DNA from: Lytechinus pictus
Taxonomy: Eukaryota
NCBI RefSeq assembly: GCF_037042905.1
Contig: NC_087252.1
Span: forward strand, 12,216,001 to 12,280,000
DNA: 64,000 bases
Direction of reading: 5' to 3'
Shown here in pieces: positions 21,780-34,338 of this stretch (positions are counted from its first letter, which is position 1; each line of letters opens with the position of its first letter). The notes beneath the pieces are model-generated. The model saw only the letters and a list, made by a program, of their open reading frames with translations. It ran no database searches and was not told where the DNA came from. The position numbers and the translations under genes were made by a program.

Positions 21780-24700
21780 CGACATTATTTCTGCATGTCC
21801 AGCTCTGGTGCATTTAGGTTTTCAAGCAACGAAGATAGACGTAGATGTCATCTGGTGTTGATTGACGATGAACCAAGAAGGTGGATCGGGTCTAACTGCA
21901 GTGTAAAGTTAATTAATTTTGAAAATAATTGATAGTTAGCAAAGTAGCTTATCTAAGTAAGTCTATTGACACAACAGGTGGATTATCTTTATCTCATTTA
22001 TAAAATTCAATTAAGAATTAATTCAAAAGACGATAACTGAGCTGGCCAAGAAACATTTCTGTTTTGCATAAATAAGCTATAGATATCAACAAAATCTACC
22101 AATTCCCCGAAAAGATACTACACAAAAGTTACAAACATATCCTAGAATTATGCATCATTCTATGGAGTTCCTTGCTTCAAAAATATAATTTTGAAAACGT
22201 CGAAAATCATATTGATATGATACAGAATAACTAGGCACCTGTTATGTTTAGAACCATGCTATCATTCGCAGACCATGTGGTGGATAATGTAGGTAGAACT
22301 GCCAGGCACAGAAGATGTTTCCCATGGTCTAACCTCTTTGGTATGAAAGTCAAAGTACTTTCAGCATCATGTCGACCTGCATCATTTTCACTAATATTCA
22401 GGGATGAATGACCTGTCATATTTCTTGATCCTATGTACCAGTTAATGCGAGGAGCTGGATACCCATTAGCAGCCTTGCAGATCACGGTGACTTTTATCCC
22501 TTCTTTTAATTCAGCAGGGAAAGACATAACGACCTCATCCGGTGGTGCTGTAAACGGTTAAGAGAAATGCAAAAAGCGACACGTTCTATTACAACTTCAA
22601 AATCATTAGCGGACATGGGTGGTCTGCTTGATGAAGCTTTTTTTTTCAGAAAAATAAACATGCTGGCTTAATCTATTACATATGTTGCTTTCCCAAACGC
22701 CCATTCTAGAAGATCATAAATATATCAACCACAACTAAAAGACATCCAATTGTTATAGCAATAGATACCACTCACACACACCTCCCTGGTTATATAGCTT
22801 AGCAACGTATTAGTAACTAACTGCCCCAGACACGTCTTTAAAATGCCAACAGAGACATACACAAATTTATATATAATTGAGATGAAATATACACTTACCA
22901 TACGTTGATATTGTAACATAGTGTCGTTCGATAACATATTCACCCAGATATACATAGCACCAGAGAATCAACCCTTGATACTTCCTATACAGATGCAACT
23001 TGTAAGTACTAAAGGTATCAAACAGACTGTCGTCTACAGGATTTTGAGTCTTCGACAGACTAATACTTCCAGGAGGAATACCAAGGTCGTCAATTATCCA
23101 TGTCAGTTCAACTGCCGGTCGTGATCCAATACTTTGACAGGTGATCAAAGCTGTAGAACCTTCTTGTACGTAAATAACTGTAGATGATGTCTGGTGGTAT
23201 TTGTCATTTCCAGATTGAAAGATTGTCGTGCTTGATGGAAGAACTTTATAGGAAAGGTGAAATAAAGATGGAAGAGGGTATAATGTATGTCAATTTGAAT
23301 TTGTCTTGGTTTATAACAGTCAACTAATAACATTTTATGACTTGTGCAATGATGAGAATCAAACCTTCACTTTGACATCGAATAATTCAACCAATATCAA
23401 ACGAACTACATGGGTTAGATTTTATGGATTAACATTTAGTGGAACATGAAAAACACAGACTCATCTATAAACAGTATTACCCCACACTGAGGATTAAAAG
23501 GTAATGAAAATTTCTTTCTTGCCCTTTGATGCCCTATTAGATACTGGAACAGACACTTTGGACTTTTATTTTCCTTCAATGACGTTGACATACCGTTAAC
23601 ATTGAGGTAAACAATACACTGACGATCACTCTGGAGTGTTTGATGTGACGCAAAACAGCTGATATCCTTTCCTTGATTATTCGCAGAGGGCGTGATGGTA
23701 ACAACCTTCCGAGACGTGTAGATGTTGCCTTTAACCACGTTAGTCTGATCTTGTTGGTTGGAAATAAGATCATCTGGTACAACCCAGTTAAGGACTGCAG
23801 CAGGCCTTGCTTGCGATGCTGTACATGTTAAAACATTTGGCTCTCCTGCAATTACCGTTCTAGGGGTGTTATCGGAGCAAAGACGGATTGATCTATCGGT
23901 AACTATGATTACTGTAGGCGAAGCTGTGAAAGATAGAAAATTAGTGAGGAGTGCACTATTACAGCTATACACAATTATTCACTATAAGTTCAATGTGTGT
24001 GCAGGTGTGCGTGTTTATTGATTTCTTAGAAAGGTAGGCTTCACAATCCGGATGCTTTAAAAAAAAACGTCTTTTCAACTACTGTTTCCGAAACAAATTT
24101 ATGAATTATATTTTTTGTCACATCATGGGCACTGATAAAAGTCTGACTTTTTCTTTCATTTTTGAGAGCTACGCTCCTTTTAGAATATGCGATTCTATTT
24201 CTACGCCATATGTATCATTCATTTTCTATTATCTGTTATCTATGTTACATGTACGTTGAATAAAAGTACATTTATGGATGTCGATAAAGCTTGAATTCCT
24301 AATATTGTATAATAAAAAGTATTTAATGGTTGTTATGGTTGTGTGCTGATGAATTTGTTTAGCTTTGTTTATTAGTTTATTTCCTTTCTTAGCGTTCGGT
24401 TGAGCAGCGAGTAATCACGTTTCACATACTTCAATAAACTTTATGTTTAATTCTTTTCTAAATATACCCATGAATAAATATCGTACTGTGTACTATTTCT
24501 AGTCAATTTTTGTCAATGTCCAATGGGGTTCAATTGAATATTTATTATTTTTGAAACAATTACTGAACCTGATAATAATGGTGTTACGTGCATTCCCCTT
24601 GATACTGTAATGTCGGGAAAGGCAGTTTGGCGGACAGCACATCTGTAATGACCGCCGTCGTCACCAACCAGCTGTTTTATCGTAAGATTAGCACTGGAGT

Positions 24701-25541
24701 CGTCTGCCAACAAGCTGAATTTCCATTGGTCTTGAACAGTAAACCTACAGGTCCAATCTTCCATACAATCACATGTTGCGAGTGATTCACCATCCTTCTG
24801 CCACGTGATCTCCCTATTTTTGGCCTGTAGTGTGTACGTGCAGACCAATGTAAAATCCTCGCCAATCACTGGAAGATACTTGCCTCTCTTGATTGACACA
24901 TCAAATCCTTCTGTTTCTGCGAGATTGATAGACAATATTTTGCCAATGAAGATATTTCGGCTGGCGTAATTTTTCCCAAATTAATGCAATGAAAATTATT
25001 TGCTTCCAGTGAGTTTGCAGGGGCATCATTATAAATTATTCATTTGTTAATATAACTGCTCATTCAATGTTTCATTTTCTTTTATTTCCAATCTTTCTAA
25101 TATTTTAGTTCATTATTTATTTCACTAGTTATTCATTTCATAAACGTTATAATGCATTATACATTTATTAATTGAGGCCACGGGTATCTATTCAGAAGGA
25201 TGGAGTGTTGTAAATATTACCAGATGCTCATGACCGGGAATGTTTTTGTCCTTTGGTCATCCTCTTACGGAATCGAAGGATTCTGTTCTACAAAATATGT
25301 CAGTAAGCCACTTTGCATATGGAATGTGAGCGCATGAAGATGTGTTGCAATATAATATTGTCATATAAATGTACTTATAATGTACACACAGTGAACCTTT
25401 TATTGATTACGGTGCTCGTGTAATCGTCAACGTAAAATGGGTCAAATATAAATATAGCAACGTAAACCTACCACAACTGACATGACTGAAGATCGTTAGA
25501 ACAAGAACAACCACAGCATATCCACAAGCACTTGTCATCAT
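21780..25541 (-). CDS. IgSF unit B3: leader-V-C2a-C2b-C2c-(FN3-like exon with TGA); nephrin-like 4-Ig protein, about 469 aa if C2c reads through
   Basis: Leader 25472-25541 (MMTSACGYAVVVLVLTIFSHVSC-G), V 24569-24916, C2a 23594-23923, C2b 22899-23243, C2c 22239-22547 (read-through stop at 22231), FN3-like 21780-21895 (RPDPPSWFIVNQHQMTSTSIFVA*KP). All Ig exons are open and phase 1. Confidence 0.82.
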
Positions 25542-26847
25542 GTCGAATCTGGCTGTACGAAGACTTGCTTTCAGAACGACATGAAATCCAACAATGGCAA
25601 ATAAACTCTTGTAAAGTCAAACTTGTAGGAGGCTCCCAGATGCTGTACACTCCGGGAAAAAATCGCTGGTATTGTGTCAAACGAGTGCTACTGGTTTCCT
25701 TCTCAACTCCTGATTCGGTTTCGCGATGTGCTATTTAACATTAATGAGTAATATCTAGAGCATGCGTGGTCCTAGAGGTCGCCATTTCCCTTCGCAGCAG
25801 GATAGTAAAGATTACTGCTATTTCAAAATGCTCGAGTTACACGTTCACAGCTGGCGCTGGTGATAAACTAATTTTTCAACGTTACAATCTGATATGAAGC
25901 ACACACTAGAAATAACATCATCATCACTAGCCGCGGAAACGGGGGAGGGGCTGTGTGGACTTCAGCCCCCGCATTTTTTTCCAAAACCGTGTACAAAAAC
26001 GTAAAAATTACCATCTGATTATGATTCTTTGCATGGTTGCCCCCCCCCCCCCAACTTCCAAAACCCTTCAGCGGTCCCTGATCATTATCATTTGCAGTTT
26101 AAACTACAAGGGATCAGATAGGTATCCATGTTTGGACTTTTGGATAGGAGATGGTTATACTTTTAATGATCAACGTCTATCATGTTCTCGACATAAATAG
26201 TGAACTTAAAGCAACCTCTACATTGTTTTATATTCGTAATATTCGTATTGTCAGTGAATGTTACTGGGCAGTTCACATTCGGAGGGTGGGACAAAATAAG
26301 TCAAAACATATGAGCGGCAGTAGATGATGAATATGGCGTACGGGGCACAGATTCTTTGAAGGTCAGGGAAGAGCGACGCGAGCGAGCGAACGAGAAATCG
26401 ACCTTACAGAAATAAAATTCCGAAGACATCCTCGATGTGTTCAAAACACATTGAAGGAATAATGATGACGATGAGATTTGTTCGATTACTTTCAATCGTC
26501 CATGCCGTTAAGCACATTACGATAGCATGTCTTAAGTTGCCAATGGTCGAAAATGAAAGTACGATGTTATTTATATTAAGTATAAAGCTAAATTTCCATG
26601 GTCTGGCGACAGAGTGTACTCTTTTTCCTATCATATTGGAAGTTGAGCTTTGAGGATGGCGTGCAAATAACTGTCACGACAAATACTCTTAAGGATGGGC
26701 TCCAATACGCGATCAATCCGAGATACTTCAGAGAACCTGTTCGTTCCTAAAGCATTTATTGCTTTAAAAATTCATATTGATCCTATTCAACACCGTTAAC
26801 TATTAACATGCCACTATAGCCAATCGGCACAAAATAATACCCCCCCC

Positions 26848-27043
<196 letters not shown>

Positions 27044-27259
27044 ATGTTAGATCTACAACCAATCTGAGACGTGTCCTTTAACTTAAGACCTTTTGCATTG
27101 ACGTCATGGCGCGCCGCCTTCTTAGAGGCTGATGAATTTGCTTTATATGCGTTGTTGCTCTGCAGCTGGCGCATCTCTGACAACTCTGTTTACGTGTATT
27201 GCTTATATCCTCTAAGGGAGGGAGCTATGAGATTGTGACGTAAATTATATAACGTCTAT

Positions 27260-28000
27260 TTTAACGATGCGACATGATCACCCATTTTCCCCGACATCCC
27301 TATCTACGAATGCAACACTCCTAAGATGGATTGTGTGAAATAATAATTTTCTTTGTGACCCCAGGTATTTTTGCCAAAAGTATTCATAGCAATCCGCTTC
27401 CAAAGTCCAAAGTTCATCATTGCTACATTTCAAAGCGACGTTTATTCCTTTAACTTGATATATAAATTCAGTCCACATCTATGTAAAATACAAGCAAAGG
27501 ATCTATTTTTAAGTTTTGAAATATTATTACTAAAGGTTTTTCCTAAGTTTTTCCAAATTGCATCACAGTAATCAAACATGCTTTGAATCAAACTGTGATA
27601 AAATATCAGCGCTGTGATTTACTTATAAATGTAGTCGGATTCTTTTCAGAAGGTACTGTTTAAGTGACGTCTTGTTTAAGCTTTTTCTCTATGCTTGCCC
27701 CAGTACCAAGGAATATGATCATAATTCTTTAGTATTTCATTTGAGTTACTCTTTTGATTATATAAGGACTAGTAAAATTGGGTAGTTCTATCTGTTTTAA
27801 CAATCGGATGCCTTCTCCAAACTCACGATTTTCTATATTAAACGCCAGTCTATTCTTCGTTAACAATTTCTTAACTGTAGCAAGATCACCATTTAGATTG
27901 TTAACAAGAGTGTTCACTTTATTATTTTCCTTTCATATTTTGATAACGGTACTTACAACGTTTCGTTATTTCTATGAACACATTCTCACATTCTCCTGCA
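27260..28000 (-). mobile_element. Ancient decayed CR1/L2-group LINE relic, co-duplicated with the array
   Basis: Residual ORF2 C-terminal motifs LVNNLNGDLATVKKLLTKNRLAFN and YHSLIQSMFDYCDA. Related copies near 4200-4330, 33660-33800, 49740-50500 and 58500-58700. Confidence 0.6.
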
Positions 28001-29081
28001 TTCTCATCATAGTGCTTGAGTCACTTATAGCCCTGCTAGTGCATGGTTTTAATACTCTTGTTTTTATTTTTTTAATTATCAATCCAGCAATATGAGAAAC
28101 AAACTGAGTAATATTTTGTCACATAGGCATATACATAGACCACTGTTGAAATAAAGAGACTACAATTGTATTATGAACACTGATATGCTGAACCTGCATG
28201 TGTACATACCTTACATTTAATATTAGATATATAATTTTTAATAGGTGCATAGGGTTCACCGCATAGATGGTGAATAGTTCACAGAAGTATCATACCTCCT
28301 ATTAATTGGTAGGGGTACTCATTAAACAAAATAATATCTCATGTTTGATTGGACAAATATTTACGGATTTTATCAGCATTATCAGATTATGTGCAAATAG
28401 AGAATAATTACTTTGATCAGTATTGTTGAGAAATTGGATACACAAACTTACAAATCAAATAATTGAAATAATGATACGTTGGAAGTTCAACATTTTGTTA
28501 TTTTGTTTACACAAGTAAAATTTTAAAAAATAAATAAACCGTTTGAATATATGTTAGTTTTGAGTGTCAGACATTCTTCTGTAAAATTTTCTGACCTAGA
28601 GGGCAGAGCCTAAAGGTATATTTTCACGTCGTTATTAACGTTAATGTTAAAAACTACAAAACAGTAATGAATAATCGGTACAAACATGCACTTTGGAATT
28701 TTCGAACTACTCTCCCAAAGCAACCTTTCAATATGATAGTAAGGCACCCTGCGTAACACTAGCAATTATGTTTACCATATTAAGAACCGTACACAGAAAT
28801 GGAAGCATTTGCCCCCTCCCCCCATTAACTTTAGAAAACCTAAATTTTCTTAATGATATTTTTCATAAACATCACCAAAATTGTGCAAGAAATCCTTCAT
28901 TTTTACTTTAAACGTGTCAAAACCTTCCCAAGATAAGTTGCCTCCTCCCTTCTTTCGATTTTTTTCCAAAAAAATTAGTCTTGCCTCCCTCCCCGGAAAA
29001 AAAATCATCCTTTACTGCCATGATAAACTGTGCCTTAAGGATGGTGATTAGGCATGGTTGATTGGAACTGTTGTATTCCAT

Positions 29082-32000
29082 TTAAATTTCGTTGTCGATA
29101 TTTTTTTCATTCCTCCGTTTTTGTAATTCCTGAATGATCTGCCATGAATAATGTGTCATTACTGCCAACGGCCTCCTACGCTCGCATGGGTTATTCACGG
29201 ACGGCACAGTGGATAACATAGGTTGAACTCTCTGACAGAAGATACGTTTCCCATGATTTAACTTATTTGGTATGAAGATCAGAGTGCTTACAACATCATA
29301 TCGTTCAGCGCTGTTGACTGAGATCTTAAGAGATGAGCTATTCGTGACATTTCTTGATCCGATGTACCAATGTAGTAGCGGAGCCGGGTATCCGTTACGA
29401 GCTTTACAGGTTACGTTAGTCTCTCTGCCTTCGAGCATATCACCTGGGACAGTCATTACGACTTCGTCTTGTAGCCCTTCATAGAAGCATAAAACCATTT
29501 TTGAAAATTAATCTTTCAGCTAAAGAAATAACCATGTTTTTTTACAGAGCCCGGACAGTTTATTGGGGAATCGAATGAACTACACTCTTAAAAACGTTGG
29601 GCAACATACGGTCCACACAACAATTGGTTAAAACATTATCCAACTCTGGGTAGTTTTCAACCAATACTGTGTAGTTTTCACCAAAAGCACACATTATTGG
29701 TTTAAAGCTACTCAGAATTTGATAAAGTTTTAACCAATTGTTGTGTGGACCGTATGTTGCCCAACGTTTTTAAGAGTGTATGTTTAAATCATCAATAACA
29801 ACAATGATGATCATTCGTTTCATTTAGGCATTGGAGTAAACAACTACCTTGCAATTCTCGTCAGCTTTGTCAAATTATACTACAAGAATTGTTATTGAAT
29901 AGTCTTACTATTTTATCAGTTCTATTTTCCAATATTACTACTTGCTTCTAAAATCATTATGGGATAACAACTCACCGTTAACAATCAGTCTCACTGCCAC
30001 CATTTTAACAAATAAGGCATCGTCTTTATCGGAGGAACACAGAATGTGCATTCCATGGTTTGTGACATCTAGCCTTATGGTTATGGTACTTTCAGTGTCA
30101 AACAAAGTGTCGTCTAAAACACTCATATTACTTGATACATTTGCATGGATCGAAGTCATGTCAAGGTCGCCAATTAACCAAAATGATAGTTCGGTTGCTG
30201 GGAATGACCCGATGCTTTTACAAGTGATTGAAGTCGGTGAATCTTCTTGAACGTATAGGACTGTTGATTGTGACTGGTTACCTCCAGTTAGAAAGAGAAG
30301 CACACTGGTTGGCAGAACTGTATGCATGGCAAATTAGAAAAGAATGGTGAGGGAAAGAGGGAGAAATATAGAAAGAAGTTTTGTATGATATGCAACAGGC
30401 CCTTTTTTGGAAAGCAGTTTAGAAACTTCATGATACCCTGGTAATAAAAAAAATCAGAAGATGATATGCATGTATAGTCAATGAATGTACTCAGTATCAC
30501 AGATCTGCTAAATGATGCTTATTCAAACTATTTTGGATTGAAAATGTATTACAAAAAACAGCAAGTACTGCCAATCTAGGGATGACAACATCATGTGTAT
30601 GTATGAAAGTTTTCCCATGAAAAATACATACCATGAACATTTAGAGTAACTAAGTATCTAATAGTCCTTTGTAGATCTTGGTGTGATACGATGCAGCTGA
30701 TGATCTTTCCGTGATCATTTCTGGTGGGTGTGATTGTCAAAGATTTCCGGGATGTGTAATATCCGTCTTGAATATCATCAGACTGATCCTGATTAACAAC
30801 GGTCACATCCTCTGGTATTAACCATTGCAGAACAGCAGGAGGCCTTGCCCTATTTACCCCACAGGTGATGTTATACGGATCTCCAGCAGTTATACTTATG
30901 TTAGCGTAGTTCAAGTATTGCCAGCCCGATTGAGTATCAGATACAAAGACCCTTGCTGGTGGAACTGGAGGAAAAGAAAGCATTCTTATTCAGGATTAAA
31001 ATCCAAGTGTAACAGTTTTTCTAACTTTCCTATTCTTATGCTTCAGTTATTAATATCATTGATTGGTTTTCTTGCAATCTTAATTAGCTTCTTTTGCGTG
31101 TCCTTTGCAGTATAACTTCCGAGTTTTATTTGATACTAGGGACATCTAACAGCTCAATGAATAGATCCCAATAGCTATCTTCAGTAGATAGTAAATACCT
31201 ACGACTACATTGCTCTGACGTTGTCCTTGGCATGGGCAGTAGTAATGCTACTAGAATACCCTCCTAAATTGCTCTTATCACAAACTACGTGTACTATTAA
31301 AGAATGTCATTTGCATTGTGTAAACACTGCAATTTTCGATTTCTGTCTTGTTCATATTTTATTTTTCATATATATTATAGAGAGTGAAGTTTACTTCTAT
31401 GTCAACATAGAGTGATATGTCTTAGCATTTCATGTATTGGTAATCTGTGAAGTCTCATACATAAACCAACCTCTCAACAGGGATGTATAGCCAACGTTAC
31501 CAAGAATGTAAACGTGTGTATAACCTTATTATAACGAGCTAATAAGTAAGATGGCCATTGTATGAAATTACACAGGCGAGATGAGGATGATCAGATTTCT
31601 GAAGTAATAGACTGTCTGGATAAGCGTAGAAATACACTAAAATCTACATTGGTGAGAAACGTATAATCAGAACAATCCTGAAAGAGTGGTCGAATTTGAT
31701 TTCGAAACTTATTTTTATTTGGTTATGAAAAATATGGTTTTCAACCTTCATAGTACCTGGATTTAGTGCTTCCAAATGTTCATTCGCTGAACGTTGCCCA
31801 TCTAGGTTAAAAACATCGCATGTGTATCTCCCATTGTCACCAGTGGTCAAATTGACTATTGTAAGGGATGTGCTGCGGTCATCTCCCAATATCTTGTACT
31901 TTGTAGGATTAGGAACGGTAGATTTACAGCTACTCGTAGAACTGCACGATTCATAAGCTACCTGGATGCCATCATGTCTCCAATGTACTGTACGATCATT

Positions 32001-32847
32001 TAAAGGAGGCGAATAGATGCACGTCATCGTAAAATCTTCTCCTTTGACGGGTAGGTACAACATTGGTTGGAAAGAAATCGTTCCTGAAGACAAGGAGGAG
32101 GGGGAGCCTGCAAATAGATTGGGTAGGATTTTTTTTTTAACAATCGTTGTAATGATGAATTCGTTGATTATCCATAGTACTTTACAAGATGGCATCTGTT
32201 TTAGAATATCAATAGGTGCAAAGTTGCGCTCTTCAAGATTCGCACGGATATTTTGACTCAAGTGGTGCAAATTCTCACTTGTTTTAGTTTTTGCTGCAAG
32301 TTTCTTTATTCAGGTATTTTACATCCTTATACAGAAAAACTTATTCAGCTCTAGATTATGAATCATGAGCACAAATTAAAAAAACAGGCTTAAAATTGGT
32401 CCCTGTTAGAGGATATATATATTATTATCATGTACATTGCACTTTTTTCGGATTGTACCTTTGTGAACCTAATGTTTATGTATTGTATGCAGTTTAAACG
32501 TCATCTCCAGATTCATAAGCTCATTAAGCGCATTTTGAGACAAATATCAGAAGTAAGAATGGAAGAAAGCATTTTATTTATTTATTTTTATTATTTTTTT
32601 TTTTTGGGGGGGAAGCAACCATTTACAGACAGTCTAAATGTAGTGGGCCATAACCTCACTTCAAATTATCTTACAGAATAGCGGACGACGTCCTCGTGTA
32701 ATATTGTTTATTTTATTCATAGCCTATATTTACTACAAAGAGAAAAGCTGCGAGCCAACATGAACGGATATACAGTATATCTTATAAACTCGACTTACCA
32801 TTGCCAAGAAAGAGAAGAGCAAACATGCACCAAATATGGTACGCCAT
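29082..32847 (-). CDS. IgSF unit A4 (A-beta): leader-V-C2a-C2b-C2c, about 489 aa, no transmembrane segment
   Basis: Leader 32799-32847 (MAYHIWCMFALLFLGN-G, donor GTAAGT), V 31757-32107, C2a 30632-30964, C2b 29976-30317, C2c from 29476 reading to a stop at 29082. All open. Confidence 0.8.
29583..29778. mobile_element. Palindromic MITE with CACT termini and TA target duplication (CACTA/EnSpm-like non-autonomous element)
   Basis: TA|CACTCTTAAAAACGTTGGGCAACATACGGTCCACACAACAATTGGTTAAAAC ... exact reverse complement ... GAGTG|TA. Absent from paralogous introns. Confidence 0.88.
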
Positions 32848-34338
32848 TTGAGATCAGAGTGATAGCATCCAATCCGATAATCCTGGTATCAATGAAGCAT
32901 TCATTATCAAAATATGAGAGTGTTGCAGTAGGTGAGACAAATTTCGTTTCTAGAAGACATCCACGATGTGTCCCAAACACACTGAAGGAATATGATGACA
33001 ATGAAATGTGTTCAATTACTTTCAATCGTCCATGCCGTTAAAGCACATTACGAAAGTACGACCCAATGTCTTATAAAGTTGTCAACGGTCGAAAATGAAA
33101 GTACGACGTTATGCATATTAATTATATTAAGTGTATTGCGGCATTTCAATGATCTGGCGACAGAGTGTGCTCTTTCTCCTATCCGATTTGAGATTGAGGT
33201 TTGCATAACCGACTAATAGCAAACAATGGAGTTGGATGGCGTCCAGAGAACCGTCACGACACATACTCTTCGGGATGGGTACCAGAACGAACACAATCAG
33301 AGGTAAATTGGTGAAACTGTTCCTCAACTCATGTTAATCCTAATCAACAATACACAACAAATTATCAACTTGCAACCAACCTGACACTATAAGAATTAAG
33401 GCTGTCTTCGTCGGAATCTCCCCATAACTTTGAATTGACTTATCACACCACCTGTTTTTTAACTTAATAAAGACCTTGTGCATTGGCGTCATCGGGGCTA
33501 CGTCTTGGAGGCTGATGCCTTAAATTTTCATACATGCATTTTTAATCTGCAACTGGCGCATCTCTGACAACTCTGTTTACGTGTATTATTACAGTCGAGG
33601 TATAATCATTGATGCTATGTTACTTTTTGTACTACATTAGGTCCTATAAAACATTGGGTCTACTCCCAATCAACAAAAACTCTCATATTATACGCCAATC
33701 TATTTTTCACTAACTTTTTTTATCTGGAGCAAGATATTTTTTTAAGTTGTTAACAAGAATGTTCACATTATTCTTTTCTATGAATATTTTGAAAACGGTA
33801 CTTTAAAACGTTTTCTTATTTCCATGAACACGTTCTCACGCAGTCGCTTCATAGTATTTGAGTCATTCTTATTACCCCTGCTCATCCACGACATTATACA
33901 AACCAAAAAATATGAAACAGGTTTTTATTTTAATATACCTTTCGGTTTTTATTTTTGCTAAATCAATCCAACAATATGATAAAAAAGTGTGACGCCACAT
34001 CACATATACATATGCATAGACCACTCTTACAATAAAGTTACACAACTAAACACTAATATACTGATCATTTAATATTATACATTGTCGTATATATAGTTTA
34101 ACTCGTCAGTATAGTGCATAGAGGGTGATATGGAACTATTAATCCTCATTTACAATTTGTGACTGGAGTACTTGCAGTACTAATATAAAGTTTGATTGGA
34201 ACAATATTCAAGATTAGAACGGCATGATCAGCTTCTGTGCGAATAGAAAACAATTACTTTGAAAAGCATTCCTAAGAAATTTCACCCCCCCCCCCTCCCT
34301 GGAAAAAAAGGGTACGGCCATGATAAACCTTGCTTCAA

